A program made the translations under genes and the position numbers. From the IMG/VR virus record IMGVR_UViG_3300020151_000786, positions 1 through 29,110 of that record: a stretch of 29,110 nucleotides of DNA. The stretch is one strand, 5' to 3'. Below the pieces are notes generated by a model. The model was not told the origin of the DNA, did not search any database, and was given only the letters and a program-made list of their open reading frames with translations. This DNA is from a virus (lineage: Duplodnaviria > Caudoviricetes). Shown piece after piece: positions 17,773 to 26,687 of this stretch; the stretch's first letter is position 1; the number at the start of each line of letters is the position of its first letter.

Positions 17773-19419
17773 ATGGCTGATCATTATCTTGGTAATCCGC
17801 TTTTAAAAAAAGCGAATACTCCTCTTGAATTTACTCAAGACCAAATTATAGAATTTGCTCGTTGTCAAGACGATCCAATTTACTTTGCAAAAAATTATAT
17901 TCAAATTGTTACATTGGATTATGGTTTACAACCATTTAAACCATACAAGTTTCAAGAATTGATGATTGATAGATTTCATAACCATCGTTTTAATGTATGT
18001 AAATTACCAAGACAGTCTGGAAAATCTACAATTGTTGTTTCATATCTCCTTCATTATGCAATTTTTAATGACAACGTTAATATCGCAATACTTGCTAACA
18101 AGGCATCTACCGCAAAAGATCTCTTAGACCGCCTTCAGACCGCTTACGAGAACCTCCCAAAGTGGTTACAGCAAGGGGTGATGACATGGAACAAAGCATC
18201 TTTGGAGTTAGAAAATGGATCAAAAATTATTGCTGCTTCTACATCAGCATCCGCAGTTCGTGGTGGATCATACAACATCATCTTCCTCGACGAATTTGCT
18301 TTTATTCCCAACCATATTGCTGATCAGTTTTTCAGTTCAGTTTATCCTACTATTTCTTCTGGTAAAAATACCAAAGTAATTATTGTTTCTACCCCTCACG
18401 GGATGAATCATTTTTATAAAATTTGGCATGATGCTGAACGTAAAAAGAATGAGTACATTCCGACAGAAGTTCATTGGAGTGAAGTTCCTGGTAGAGATGA
18501 AAAATGGAAAGAGCAAACTATTGCAAACACAAGTGAACAGCAGTTTAAAGTTGAATTTGAATGTGAATTTTTAGGGTCTGTTGATACATTAATTTCACCT
18601 AATAAACTTCGTAATTTAGTTTATGAAGCACCTAGACTACGAAGTGGTGGATTAGATGTCTTTGAAGATGTTAAAGATGATCATAATTATACAGTTTCTG
18701 TTGATGTAGCTAGAGGAGTTGGGAATGATTACTCTGCTTTTGTGGTTGTAGATATAACACAATTTCCCCATAAAGTTGTAGCAAAATATAGAGACAATCA
18801 AATAAAACCAATGATATTTCCTGGCATTGTTCATGAAGTAGCAAAGAGTTATAATGATGCATACGTTTTATGTGAAGTTAACGATGTTGGTGATCAAGTG
18901 GCATCAATTCTTCATTATGACTTAGAGTATCAAAATGTTTTAATGTGCTCTATGCGAGGTAGGGCTGGGCAAATTGTTGGGCAAGGATTTTCTGGAAAGA
19001 AAACTCAACTTGGAGTTAAGATGTCTAAAACTGTTAAAAAAGTTGGATGTCTAAATTTGAAAGCAATGATTGAAGAGGATAAATTAATTTTTAATGATTA
19101 TGATATTATTAGTGAATTAACAACATTCATCCAAAAATCAAACTCATTTGAAGCAGAAGATGGATGTAATGATGATTTGGCGATGTGTCTTGTAATTTAT
19201 GCTTGGTTGGTTGTACAAGATTATTTTAAGGAACTAACTGATCAAGATGTAAGAAAAAAATTATATGAAGAAAAAGAAAATGAAATCCTCCAGGATATGG
19301 CACCTTTTGGATTTATTGTTGATGGTGTAAATGACCAATCATCTTTTGTCGATAACTCTGGTGATAGATGGTATGCAGACGAATATGGTGACATGGCATA
19401 TATGTGGGAATACCGTTAA
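17773..19419 (+). CDS. g17: Terminase large subunit (T4 gp17-like), 548 aa
   Basis: Walker A PRQSGKST, Walker B IIFLDEFAF, coupling motif IVSTPHG, nuclease motifs VDVARGVGNDYSAF and NDDLAMCL. Confidence 0.98.
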   Translation: MADHYLGNPLLKKANTPLEFTQDQIIEFARCQDDPIYFAKNYIQIVTLDYGLQPFKPYKFQELMIDRFHNHRFNVCKLPRQSGKSTIVVSYLLHYAIFNDNVNIAILANKASTAKDLLDRLQTAYENLPKWLQQGVMTWNKASLELENGSKIIAASTSASAVRGGSYNIIFLDEFAFIPNHIADQFFSSVYPTISSGKNTKVIIVSTPHGMNHFYKIWHDAERKKNEYIPTEVHWSEVPGRDEKWKEQTIANTSEQQFKVEFECEFLGSVDTLISPNKLRNLVYEAPRLRSGGLDVFEDVKDDHNYTVSVDVARGVGNDYSAFVVVDITQFPHKVVAKYRDNQIKPMIFPGIVHEVAKSYNDAYVLCEVNDVGDQVASILHYDLEYQNVLMCSMRGRAGQIVGQGFSGKKTQLGVKMSKTVKKVGCLNLKAMIEEDKLIFNDYDIISELTTFIQKSNSFEAEDGCNDDLAMCLVIYAWLVVQDYFKELTDQDVRKKLYEEKENEILQDMAPFGFIVDGVNDQSSFVDNSGDRWYADEYGDMAYMWEYR

Positions 19420-19649
19420 TGGATTTAGATAAACAAATAAAATTTGGACACCTGTTATTTGTTGATAGACGATGCAGATCTTGTGGTGAGATTAAGAATT
19501 TAATAGATGCTTTTTATAGAACAAGAAAGGATAGGGGACCATTTGCATCATCATATTCTTATGAATGTAAAGAGTGTACAGTAAAAAGGATAAAAAAGCG
19601 TAGGATAAAGGTAAATACTATCTTAAATTGGGAATATCCAGATTGGTAA
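19419..19649 (+). CDS. Small zinc-finger protein (76 aa, CxxC...CxxC)
   Basis: ATG 19419 overlaps the g17 stop (TAATG), a more plausible start than GTG 19404. CRSC...FY...CKEC motif. Confidence 0.8.
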   Translation: MDLDKQIKFGHLLFVDRRCRSCGEIKNLIDAFYRTRKDRGPFASSYSYECKECTVKRIKKRRIKVNTILNWEYPDW

Positions 19650-19690
19650 TTTTGCTCACGTCCAATTTCCCCTCTGTAAAGTAAGTTTTT

Positions 19691-19698
19691 AATAAATA
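19691..19698 (+). promoter_or_regulatory. Late promoter AATAAATA for g18-g19
   Basis: ATAAATA core 36 nt upstream of g18; SD GGAGA at 19725-19729. Confidence 0.75.
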
Positions 19699-19734
19699 TT
19701 TTTTAGAGCAAAACTGAGACTTTCGGAGAAAAAC

Positions 19735-22473
19735 ATGGCAACTCCTCAATTATCTCCTGGTGTACTAGTTAGAGAAGTTGATTTAACTGTCGGGAGAGCT
19801 GACAATGTATTAGATAATATTGGTGCAATCGCTGGCCCTTTTAAAAGTGGTCCAATTGATGAACCAGTAGATATCACTACAGAACAAAATTTAATTGAAG
19901 TATTTGGAACTCCCTCATCATTAGACAACCAATATGAGTATTGGATGAGTGCTTCTTCATATTTACAATATGGTGGAGTTCTTAAAGTTGTTAGAACAGA
20001 TGACAATGATCTAAAAAATTCCAACGTAGCAGTTGGTGGTACATCAATAGATACAAAAATTAAAAACTTTGATGATTATTTAACCAATCACAGCAATTCC
20101 GCTGTTGGTTATTATTTTGCAGCAAAAAATCCAGGTTCATGGGCAAATAATTTAAAAGTTTGTATTATTGATGATTTAGCAGATCAACAAATAGGTATTG
20201 CAACCACTAACGCAACAGCACTTGGTTTCCAAGTTGGATATGGAATAACAACGTCACTTGCTGGAAGAGTTATTTCTGGTTCTGGATCAACTGCAATATT
20301 CGATGGATATTTAAAAGGCATTATTACAGAAGTAACTGATGATGTTGCTAACAATAAAGCATCTATTGGTGTAAGAATTACTTCAAGAGTTTCTGCAGCT
20401 GGAACTGAATATCCTCTAGACTATGCTGAGAATAATCAAGTAACATCATTTAGACCAGGAAACACATTAGACGTTATCGATCAAACTGGTGGATTAGTTT
20501 CACCAAGAGATTCAGTAGGATCCGTTGGATTAACTACTTTCACTTCTATTAATGGTGAGCAAGATCAAGTTTATGCTGGAGTTGGTGGAACCTCATCTGG
20601 ATCTGCATCTGGTGCAACATTCACAATTACAAGAAATAGCACTAACGGTGGAGTTCTTTCTGCTACAGTAGTTAATACTGGTGTAGGATACACTGTTGGT
20701 TCAACAATCACAATCCCAGGATCTTCAGTTGGTGGATATACTTTATCGCAAGGTGCAATTAATGTATTTACCGTGGGTGCTGGTACTACATTAGTTGGTC
20801 AAGCAAATCAAACTTATAATTCGGTATCTGGTGTAAGTACTTTAGGTACTGGTGCAGTATTTACTGTTTATAGAGATGGTGTTGGTGGTATTAGTACTGT
20901 TACGATTACAAATGCAGGTGGTGCTTATGGAGTTGGAACTACAGTAAGTATTGCTGGAACTTCAATTGGTGGAACAACCCCAGCGAATAATGTTATTCTT
21001 ACTGTAGATACTTTAAGAAACGATAACGTAGTTTTAACAGTAACTGACAATGCAGCTAGAGTTACAGCAGTAAATGTTGATGACTGGTATGATCAACAAA
21101 CATTAAATTTAAAAAATACCACATTATATTGGAAAACTATTGCACCAAAACCAAGATCCAATAACTATGTTCTGGAGAGAAGTGGTAAGAATGATGCAAT
21201 GCACATCGTCTTAGTTGATGATACTGGTGACGTTACTGGTATTAAAGGAAATATTTTAGAAAAGCACATTGGTTTATCAAAAGCAACTGATACTATTTCT
21301 AGTGTTAACTCTCCACAAAAAATTTGGTATAAAAATTACTTAGCAAACTATTCAAATTACATTTATGCTGGTGATAATCCAAGTGAAAATAGTGATATTT
21401 TCCACAATACTTTCCCAACAACATCTGGATTTACTCAAGATTTTAATGTAATAAATTTTGCAGATGGTGTTTGGGATCAAACTGCTCAAGATAGAGTATT
21501 CAACTGTGTTGGATCGATATCATATGATTTAACTGGTGGAAATAATTATACCCCATCTAATGGTTTTAATGCATCAACAGCAAATCTAATAACTTCATAT
21601 CAGAAGTTCTCCAATAAAGATGAGATACAAGTTGACTATTTAATTAATGGTCCAAGTTTAGGTACTATTGAAGATTCTCAAGGAAAGGCAAATTCATTAA
21701 TTGCAATTGCAGAAGGAAGAAAGGATTGTGTAGCAGTCATTTCACCATTTAGACTTGGTGTTGTTGATTTAGTAAATACAAACACACAAACTGACAATAT
21801 TATAGAATTCTTCAGCACATTATCATCGTCATCGTATGCAGTTTTTGATAGTGGATATAAGTACACTTATGATAGATTTAACAATCTATTCAGATATATT
21901 CCCTGCAATGCTGACGTTGCTGGGTTAATGTGCAGAACTAATATTGTTGCATATCCTTGGTTCTCTCCTGCTGGACAGCAAAGAGGAAATATATTAAATG
22001 CAATTAAATTAGCATACAATCCAAGTAAGCCACAAAGAGATCGCTTATATCAAGCAAGAATTAACTCCATCATCAATCAACCAGGTGCTGGAACCATTCT
22101 ATTTGGTGACAAAACCGCATTATCTTATCAGTCTGCTTTTGATAGAATAAATGTTCGCAGATTGTTCTTAACTGTTGAACAAGCTTTAGAAAAAGCTGCC
22201 CAAGCACAACTCTTTGAATTCAATGATCAAATTACAAGAGCTAATTTTGTAAACATCATTGATCCATATCTTCGTGATGTTCAAGCAAAGAGAGGTGTAT
22301 ACGATTACCTCGTAATTTGTGATGAAACAAATAACACTCCTGATGTTGTTGATAATAATGAATTTAGAGCAGATATCTTCCTGAAGCCAGCTAAATCGAT
22401 TAACTATGTAACCTTGACATTTGTTGCTACTAGAACTGGAGTAAGTTTCCAGGAAGTTGCAGGTAGAGTTTAA
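19735..22473 (+). CDS. g18: Contractile tail sheath protein (T4 gp18-like), 912 aa, with a Gly/Thr-rich insertion
   Basis: N-terminus SPGVLVREVDLT; C-terminal PWFSPAG.QRG, FGDKT, FDRINVRRLF, FEFND and KPAKSINYVTLTFVATRTG motifs. Confidence 0.98.
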   Translation: MATPQLSPGVLVREVDLTVGRADNVLDNIGAIAGPFKSGPIDEPVDITTEQNLIEVFGTPSSLDNQYEYWMSASSYLQYGGVLKVVRTDDNDLKNSNVAVGGTSIDTKIKNFDDYLTNHSNSAVGYYFAAKNPGSWANNLKVCIIDDLADQQIGIATTNATALGFQVGYGITTSLAGRVISGSGSTAIFDGYLKGIITEVTDDVANNKASIGVRITSRVSAAGTEYPLDYAENNQVTSFRPGNTLDVIDQTGGLVSPRDSVGSVGLTTFTSINGEQDQVYAGVGGTSSGSASGATFTITRNSTNGGVLSATVVNTGVGYTVGSTITIPGSSVGGYTLSQGAINVFTVGAGTTLVGQANQTYNSVSGVSTLGTGAVFTVYRDGVGGISTVTITNAGGAYGVGTTVSIAGTSIGGTTPANNVILTVDTLRNDNVVLTVTDNAARVTAVNVDDWYDQQTLNLKNTTLYWKTIAPKPRSNNYVLERSGKNDAMHIVLVDDTGDVTGIKGNILEKHIGLSKATDTISSVNSPQKIWYKNYLANYSNYIYAGDNPSENSDIFHNTFPTTSGFTQDFNVINFADGVWDQTAQDRVFNCVGSISYDLTGGNNYTPSNGFNASTANLITSYQKFSNKDEIQVDYLINGPSLGTIEDSQGKANSLIAIAEGRKDCVAVISPFRLGVVDLVNTNTQTDNIIEFFSTLSSSSYAVFDSGYKYTYDRFNNLFRYIPCNADVAGLMCRTNIVAYPWFSPAGQQRGNILNAIKLAYNPSKPQRDRLYQARINSIINQPGAGTILFGDKTALSYQSAFDRINVRRLFLTVEQALEKAAQAQLFEFNDQITRANFVNIIDPYLRDVQAKRGVYDYLVICDETNNTPDVVDNNEFRADIFLKPAKSINYVTLTFVATRTGVSFQEVAGRV

Positions 22474-22507
22474 TTAATTAAATTAGTACTAAAAGGAGGA
22501 CTTAAAA

Positions 22508-23113
22508 ATGACTACGAGAACTATTAGAACAATCAGCAACTTTAAATCTGCTCTGGCAGGTGGTGCAGCAAGACCCAATTTATTTGAAGTTTCAATACCA
22601 ACATTCCCATCATTCGTAAATAATTGGAAAGATGAGAAGTTTAACTTCTTATGTAAAGCAGCAGCTTTACCAGCATCTAATGTTGCTCCAATTGATGTCC
22701 CTTTCAGAGGACGTATTTTAAAAGTTGCTGGAGACAGAACTTTTGATACCTGGACGGTTACTGTTATTAATGATGAAGATTTCCTAATTAGAACCAAGTT
22801 TGAAGAGTGGATGAATCAAATCAATAAACTTAATAATGGAACGGGTGCTACAAATCCCACAACCTACATGAAAGATGCCTATGTGTATCAACTTGGTAGA
22901 GGAAGAACTAAAGAATCACTCACCAACACTAATGAAGGATCACAGGAACCATTGAGAGTGTATAAATTCTATGATATTTTCCCAACGAATATATCACAAA
23001 TTGAATTGTCTTATGATACTTCAGATACTATTGAGGAATTCACTGTAGAATTCCAAGTTCAGTGGTGGTCTGCTGGAACTTCTGGCGACCAAAACGGAAC
23101 AGAAATTATCTAA
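22508..23113 (+). CDS. g19: Tail tube protein (T4 gp19-like), 201 aa
   Basis: GGAARPNLFEV, LKVAGDRTFDTWTVTVINDEDF and FPTNISQIELSYD...IEEFTVEFQVQWW motifs; strong SD AGGAGG at 22494-22499. Confidence 0.97.
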   Translation: MTTRTIRTISNFKSALAGGAARPNLFEVSIPTFPSFVNNWKDEKFNFLCKAAALPASNVAPIDVPFRGRILKVAGDRTFDTWTVTVINDEDFLIRTKFEEWMNQINKLNNGTGATNPTTYMKDAYVYQLGRGRTKESLTNTNEGSQEPLRVYKFYDIFPTNISQIELSYDTSDTIEEFTVEFQVQWWSAGTSGDQNGTEII

Positions 23114-23119
23114 TAAATA
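23112..23119 (+). promoter_or_regulatory. Late promoter AATAAATA for g20
   Basis: Overlaps the g19 stop codon, 28 nt upstream of the g20 ATG. Confidence 0.7.
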
Positions 23120-23147
23120 GTAGAATAAGTTAGAAAATACTTTAATA

Positions 23148-24797
23148 ATGGCAAAACTATTTGGTTTCTCTATTGACGATAAACAGCAAACATCACCATC
23201 TGTAGTTTCCCCCGTTCCTCAAAATAATGAGGACGGGGTTGATCACTATTTAACTAGTGGTTTTTTTGGTTCATATGTAGATATTGAAGGTGTTTATAGA
23301 AGTGAGTATGATTTAATTAAAAGATATCGTGAAATGGCACTTCATCCAGAATGTGATAGTGCCATTGAAGATATTGTTAATGAGGCTATTGTAAGCGATA
23401 CCAATGATAGTCCCGTTCAAATAGAATTATCAAACTTAAATGCCAGTGATGGTATAAAGAAAAAAATTAGAGAAGAGTTTAAACATATTTTAGAATTATT
23501 GGATTTTGATAAAAAATGTCACGAAATTTATAGAAACTGGTATATTGATGGTCGTCTTTATTATCATAAAGTAATTGATTTAAAAAATCCACAAGATGGA
23601 ATTAAAGAATTAAGATATATTGACGCTTTAAAAATGCGTTATGTTAGACAATCTGTTAATAAGGGAACTAAAAATAATAATCAAAAAACACTAAATGGGA
23701 TTAGTGAAAATCCAATGGATTATGAATTCCCAGAAATTGAAGAATATTTTATCTATAATCCATCATCCCAATCACCGATTGGAACTGTTAATAGCAGAGT
23801 TTCAACTCAAACTAGTGGTGGAATTAAAATTTCTAGAGATGCAGTTTCATATTGCACTTCTGGATTAGTAGATAGAAATAAAGGAACTACACTTTCATAT
23901 CTTCACAAAGCAATTAAATCTCTCAATCAACTTAGGATGATTGAAGATAGTCTTGTAATTTACAGATTATCTAGAGCACCAGAACGTCGTATTTTTTATA
24001 TTGACGTTGGTAATCTTCCTAAGATTAAAGCAGAACAATATCTTCGTGATGTTATGATGCGTTATCGCAACAAACTTGTATATGACGCATCAACTGGAGA
24101 AATCCGTGATGATAAGAAATTCATGAGTATGCTTGAAGATTTCTGGTTACCTCGACGTGAAGGTGGTAGAGGAACTGAGATCACCACACTACCAGGTGGT
24201 CAAAATCTTGGTGAAATTACAGACATTAAATACTTCCAAAGTAAACTTTATAGATCTCTGAATGTTCCTCCATCAAGAATGGAAGGAGAAGGTGGATTTA
24301 ATTTAGGTCGTTCATCTGAAATTTTAAGAGATGAATTGAAATTTACTAAATTTGTTGGACGTTTGAGAAAGCGTTTTGCAAATTTATTTAATGATATGCT
24401 TAAGACCCAATTAATTCTTAAAAATATTATTACCCCAGAAGATTGGAATGTTATGAGAGAACATATCCAATATGATTTCTTATATGACAATCATTTCTCT
24501 GAACTGAAAGAAGCAGAGTTAATGACGGAGAGACTTAATATGGCAGCAACTGCTGAACCATATATTGGTAAATATTACTCACAGGATTATGTTCGTCGTA
24601 AAATCCTTCGCCAATCTGATGAAGAAATTGTCGAGCAAGATGCATTAATTAAGAAAGAAATTAAGGATGGTATTATTCCAGATCCTAATGCACCTATTGA
24701 TCCAATGACCGGTATGCCAATGGATACCACTCAAACTGGTGGAGATAATATTAATGGTGCATCTGGAAAAGTTCCAATTGAACCCGAAGTAGAATAA
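23148..24797 (+). CDS. g20: Portal vertex protein (T4 gp20-like), 549 aa
   Basis: YREMALHPECDSAIEDIVNEAI, RAPERRIFYIDVGNLPK and MLEDFWLPRREGGRGTEITTLPGGQNLG motifs. Confidence 0.98.
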   Translation: MAKLFGFSIDDKQQTSPSVVSPVPQNNEDGVDHYLTSGFFGSYVDIEGVYRSEYDLIKRYREMALHPECDSAIEDIVNEAIVSDTNDSPVQIELSNLNASDGIKKKIREEFKHILELLDFDKKCHEIYRNWYIDGRLYYHKVIDLKNPQDGIKELRYIDALKMRYVRQSVNKGTKNNNQKTLNGISENPMDYEFPEIEEYFIYNPSSQSPIGTVNSRVSTQTSGGIKISRDAVSYCTSGLVDRNKGTTLSYLHKAIKSLNQLRMIEDSLVIYRLSRAPERRIFYIDVGNLPKIKAEQYLRDVMMRYRNKLVYDASTGEIRDDKKFMSMLEDFWLPRREGGRGTEITTLPGGQNLGEITDIKYFQSKLYRSLNVPPSRMEGEGGFNLGRSSEILRDELKFTKFVGRLRKRFANLFNDMLKTQLILKNIITPEDWNVMREHIQYDFLYDNHFSELKEAELMTERLNMAATAEPYIGKYYSQDYVRRKILRQSDEEIVEQDALIKKEIKDGIIPDPNAPIDPMTGMPMDTTQTGGDNINGASGKVPIEPEVE

Positions 24798-26468
24798 TTA
24801 TAGAGATATAAAAAATATTGAATAAGGCACTGATACAGTAGCAGGTGCTTTAATATTTTTTTGTGAGAAAAATTGTTTTTTATTTATTGATATTTTTTTA
24901 TTGGGGAAACATTTTTTTATTGTTTCCTCAATTATGGTATTAATTTCATTATTATATTCTTGTATAAAATATTCAAGATTTAAATATCCATCAGAATCAG
25001 ATTTTAATTTACCAGTTTTTAGATAATCAAATACAATATTTTTTATATCTTTTATTTTATTTCCCAATTTTGTAGTATCAGAATTTAGTAACTCATATAA
25101 GTTGTTGTAAAATTCATAATAGGAAATATTAAATTTATCAAAACAATATTCTGATATTTTTTGTGTTAATTTTCCTAAGTGAAATTGACTAATCATCCAT
25201 CCGTAGAGATACCCCTCAACCATATCTTCAATACTCATCGTATCAGTTTTTACAACTATTTCTATTTTTTCCTTTATTCCTTTGTAATCTTTTGTTTCTG
25301 TTAGAGACATATAATCTTCTGCTATTACAGTTTCAATTCCATACTTTTCTCTCGATTTGGGATCATTTAATTCGGCGTATCCAAATAATTGGAGAAAATG
25401 AACATCTATTGAATATTTTTGACCTAATTCAACAGTTTCACATAAACCTTTTTTCCAGGTCTCTAGTGTTTCTTTAGGTAGTCCCAAAATAAATTCTGTA
25501 TAGGTTCTTACCTTATATTTTTGACTTAGTTCAATATGATTTTTAATATTATTGACACTTAAATTAATTCTTTTAATTTCTTTTAGAGTTTCTGGGTTCA
25601 TACTTTGAACACTCATTGTAACACCACGATTCAAATCTCCCACAATTTCTGCTATTTTAAAAACATGCTCAGTAGAATTTTTTGAATATTGTAAATTTAC
25701 AGATTCTAATTTACTTCTAGTAGATACATCTTTTATTATTTTGGCAATTTCAAGATCTCTTTCTTTATACATGCCAAAATTAGCGTCAGCACAAATTAAA
25801 TACCTTACATTATTTTCACATATCCATTCTAAATCTTCTTTTACTCTTTCAATATCAAATAATTTAACTTTACTATACTTCACACCTCCCCAATCACAAA
25901 ATGTACATAAATGAGGACATCCTCTATTAGTTTCAAATGTCATTGCCCAATTAAAATCTGGATTTTCTTTAACTATTTTTTCAAACGCTCCAGTAATATA
26001 AGGACTTGGAAAATCTAAATTTTCAATTCTTTGGCTATGGTAAACTTTTTGCAAAGGTTTACTGTCTATAATCGATCTTAAAATTTGTAGAAAACTTTCT
26101 TCACCTTCACTTAAAATTATTGTATCAATAAATGAATGATCTAAAGTTTTCATTGTGGTTTGTGGACCACCAAATTCAATAATACATTCTGGATATTTTT
26201 CCTTTATTCTTTTTGCCATTTCTAAGCAATATTGCTCATTCCAAATATAACAACTAAAAGCACATAGATTTGGGTTTTCAATCCTATCTAAAAGTATATT
26301 CGGATCTTCTCTATAAAAAATATAATCTTTAACTTGAAAATTTGATGTTATATCCTCAAATTGAGAACAATAACTCCATAAACAACCAGTGCTATAAGGC
26401 AACCAATATGTACTGGGACCATCTACATCCAAAACATGATTTGGTTGGAACATGTATATATTCTTCAT
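24798..26468 (-). CDS. B12-binding-domain radical SAM protein, 556 aa
   Basis: CxxxCxxC in ETNRGCPHLCTFCDW. N-terminal cobalamin-binding-type motifs FSCYIWN, FGGPQ and SEGEE; DANFG, SVQS and FILGLPKET barrel motifs. Confidence 0.92.
   Translation of the reverse strand: MKNIYMFQPNHVLDVDGPSTYWLPYSTGCLWSYCSQFEDITSNFQVKDYIFYREDPNILLDRIENPNLCAFSCYIWNEQYCLEMAKRIKEKYPECIIEFGGPQTTMKTLDHSFIDTIILSEGEESFLQILRSIIDSKPLQKVYHSQRIENLDFPSPYITGAFEKIVKENPDFNWAMTFETNRGCPHLCTFCDWGGVKYSKVKLFDIERVKEDLEWICENNVRYLICADANFGMYKERDLEIAKIIKDVSTRSKLESVNLQYSKNSTEHVFKIAEIVGDLNRGVTMSVQSMNPETLKEIKRINLSVNNIKNHIELSQKYKVRTYTEFILGLPKETLETWKKGLCETVELGQKYSIDVHFLQLFGYAELNDPKSREKYGIETVIAEDYMSLTETKDYKGIKEKIEIVVKTDTMSIEDMVEGYLYGWMISQFHLGKLTQKISEYCFDKFNISYYEFYNNLYELLNSDTTKLGNKIKDIKNIVFDYLKTGKLKSDSDGYLNLEYFIQEYNNEINTIIEETIKKCFPNKKISINKKQFFSQKNIKAPATVSVPYSIFFISL
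24810..24862. terminator. Possible bidirectional terminator at the g20 / radical SAM convergence
   Basis: Imperfect inverted repeat aaaaaatatt..taaggcac / gtgcttta-atattttttt with an A-tract on the left and a T-tract on the right, 13 nt after the g20 stop. Large loop and weak stem. Confidence 0.4.
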
Positions 26469-26489
26469 TCTTCTTCTTCAATATATCCA

Positions 26490-26497
26490 TATTTATT
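26490..26497 (-). promoter_or_regulatory. Late promoter AATAAATA for the radical SAM gene
   Basis: Plus-strand tatttatt is AATAAATA on the minus strand, 21 nt before ATG 26468, the same spacing as the promoter before 15966. Confidence 0.6.
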
Positions 26498-26502
26498 TGA
26501 TA

Positions 26503-26510
26503 TATAAATA
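26503..26510 (+). promoter_or_regulatory. T4-type late promoter TATAAATA
   Basis: Exact consensus 24 nt upstream of ATG 26535. Confidence 0.8.
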
Positions 26511-26534
26511 TTTTTAAGTTTATTTTATAAAACC

Positions 26535-26687
26535 ATGGATGATCTTTTAGACATGATTATTTCTGACGAATCACCCTCACAAGTCAGTGATAAAATTAAA
26601 GAATTACTTTTTGCAAAATCTGCAGAAAAGATTGAGGGACTAAGACCTGCTGCAGGTACTGCATTATTTGGTGGTCAAGAAGAATAA
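26535..26687 (+). CDS. Small acidic protein (50 aa) of the type that follows g20 in T4-like cyanophages; positionally equivalent to a prohead core protein
   Basis: Translated by hand: MDDLLDMIISDESPSQVSDKIKELLFAKSAEKIEGLRPAAGTALFGGQEE*. Below the ORF-track size cutoff; preceded by a late promoter. Confidence 0.8.
   Translation: MDDLLDMIISDESPSQVSDKIKELLFAKSAEKIEGLRPAAGTALFGGQEE

Noticed and set aside
19404-19418. GTG start at 19404 for the Zn-finger ORF
   Set aside because: ATG 19419 overlapping the g17 stop is the more typical coupled start.
18652-24490. Minus-strand ORFs at 18652, 19746, 21678, 22489 and 24248 (also 28794)
   Set aside because: Fully inside conserved plus-strand genes with no independent coding signal.
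17773-24797. Intron or intein in g17, g18 or g20
   Set aside because: All are uninterrupted. g17 and g20 have normal lengths, and the g18 insertion lacks intein splice motifs.
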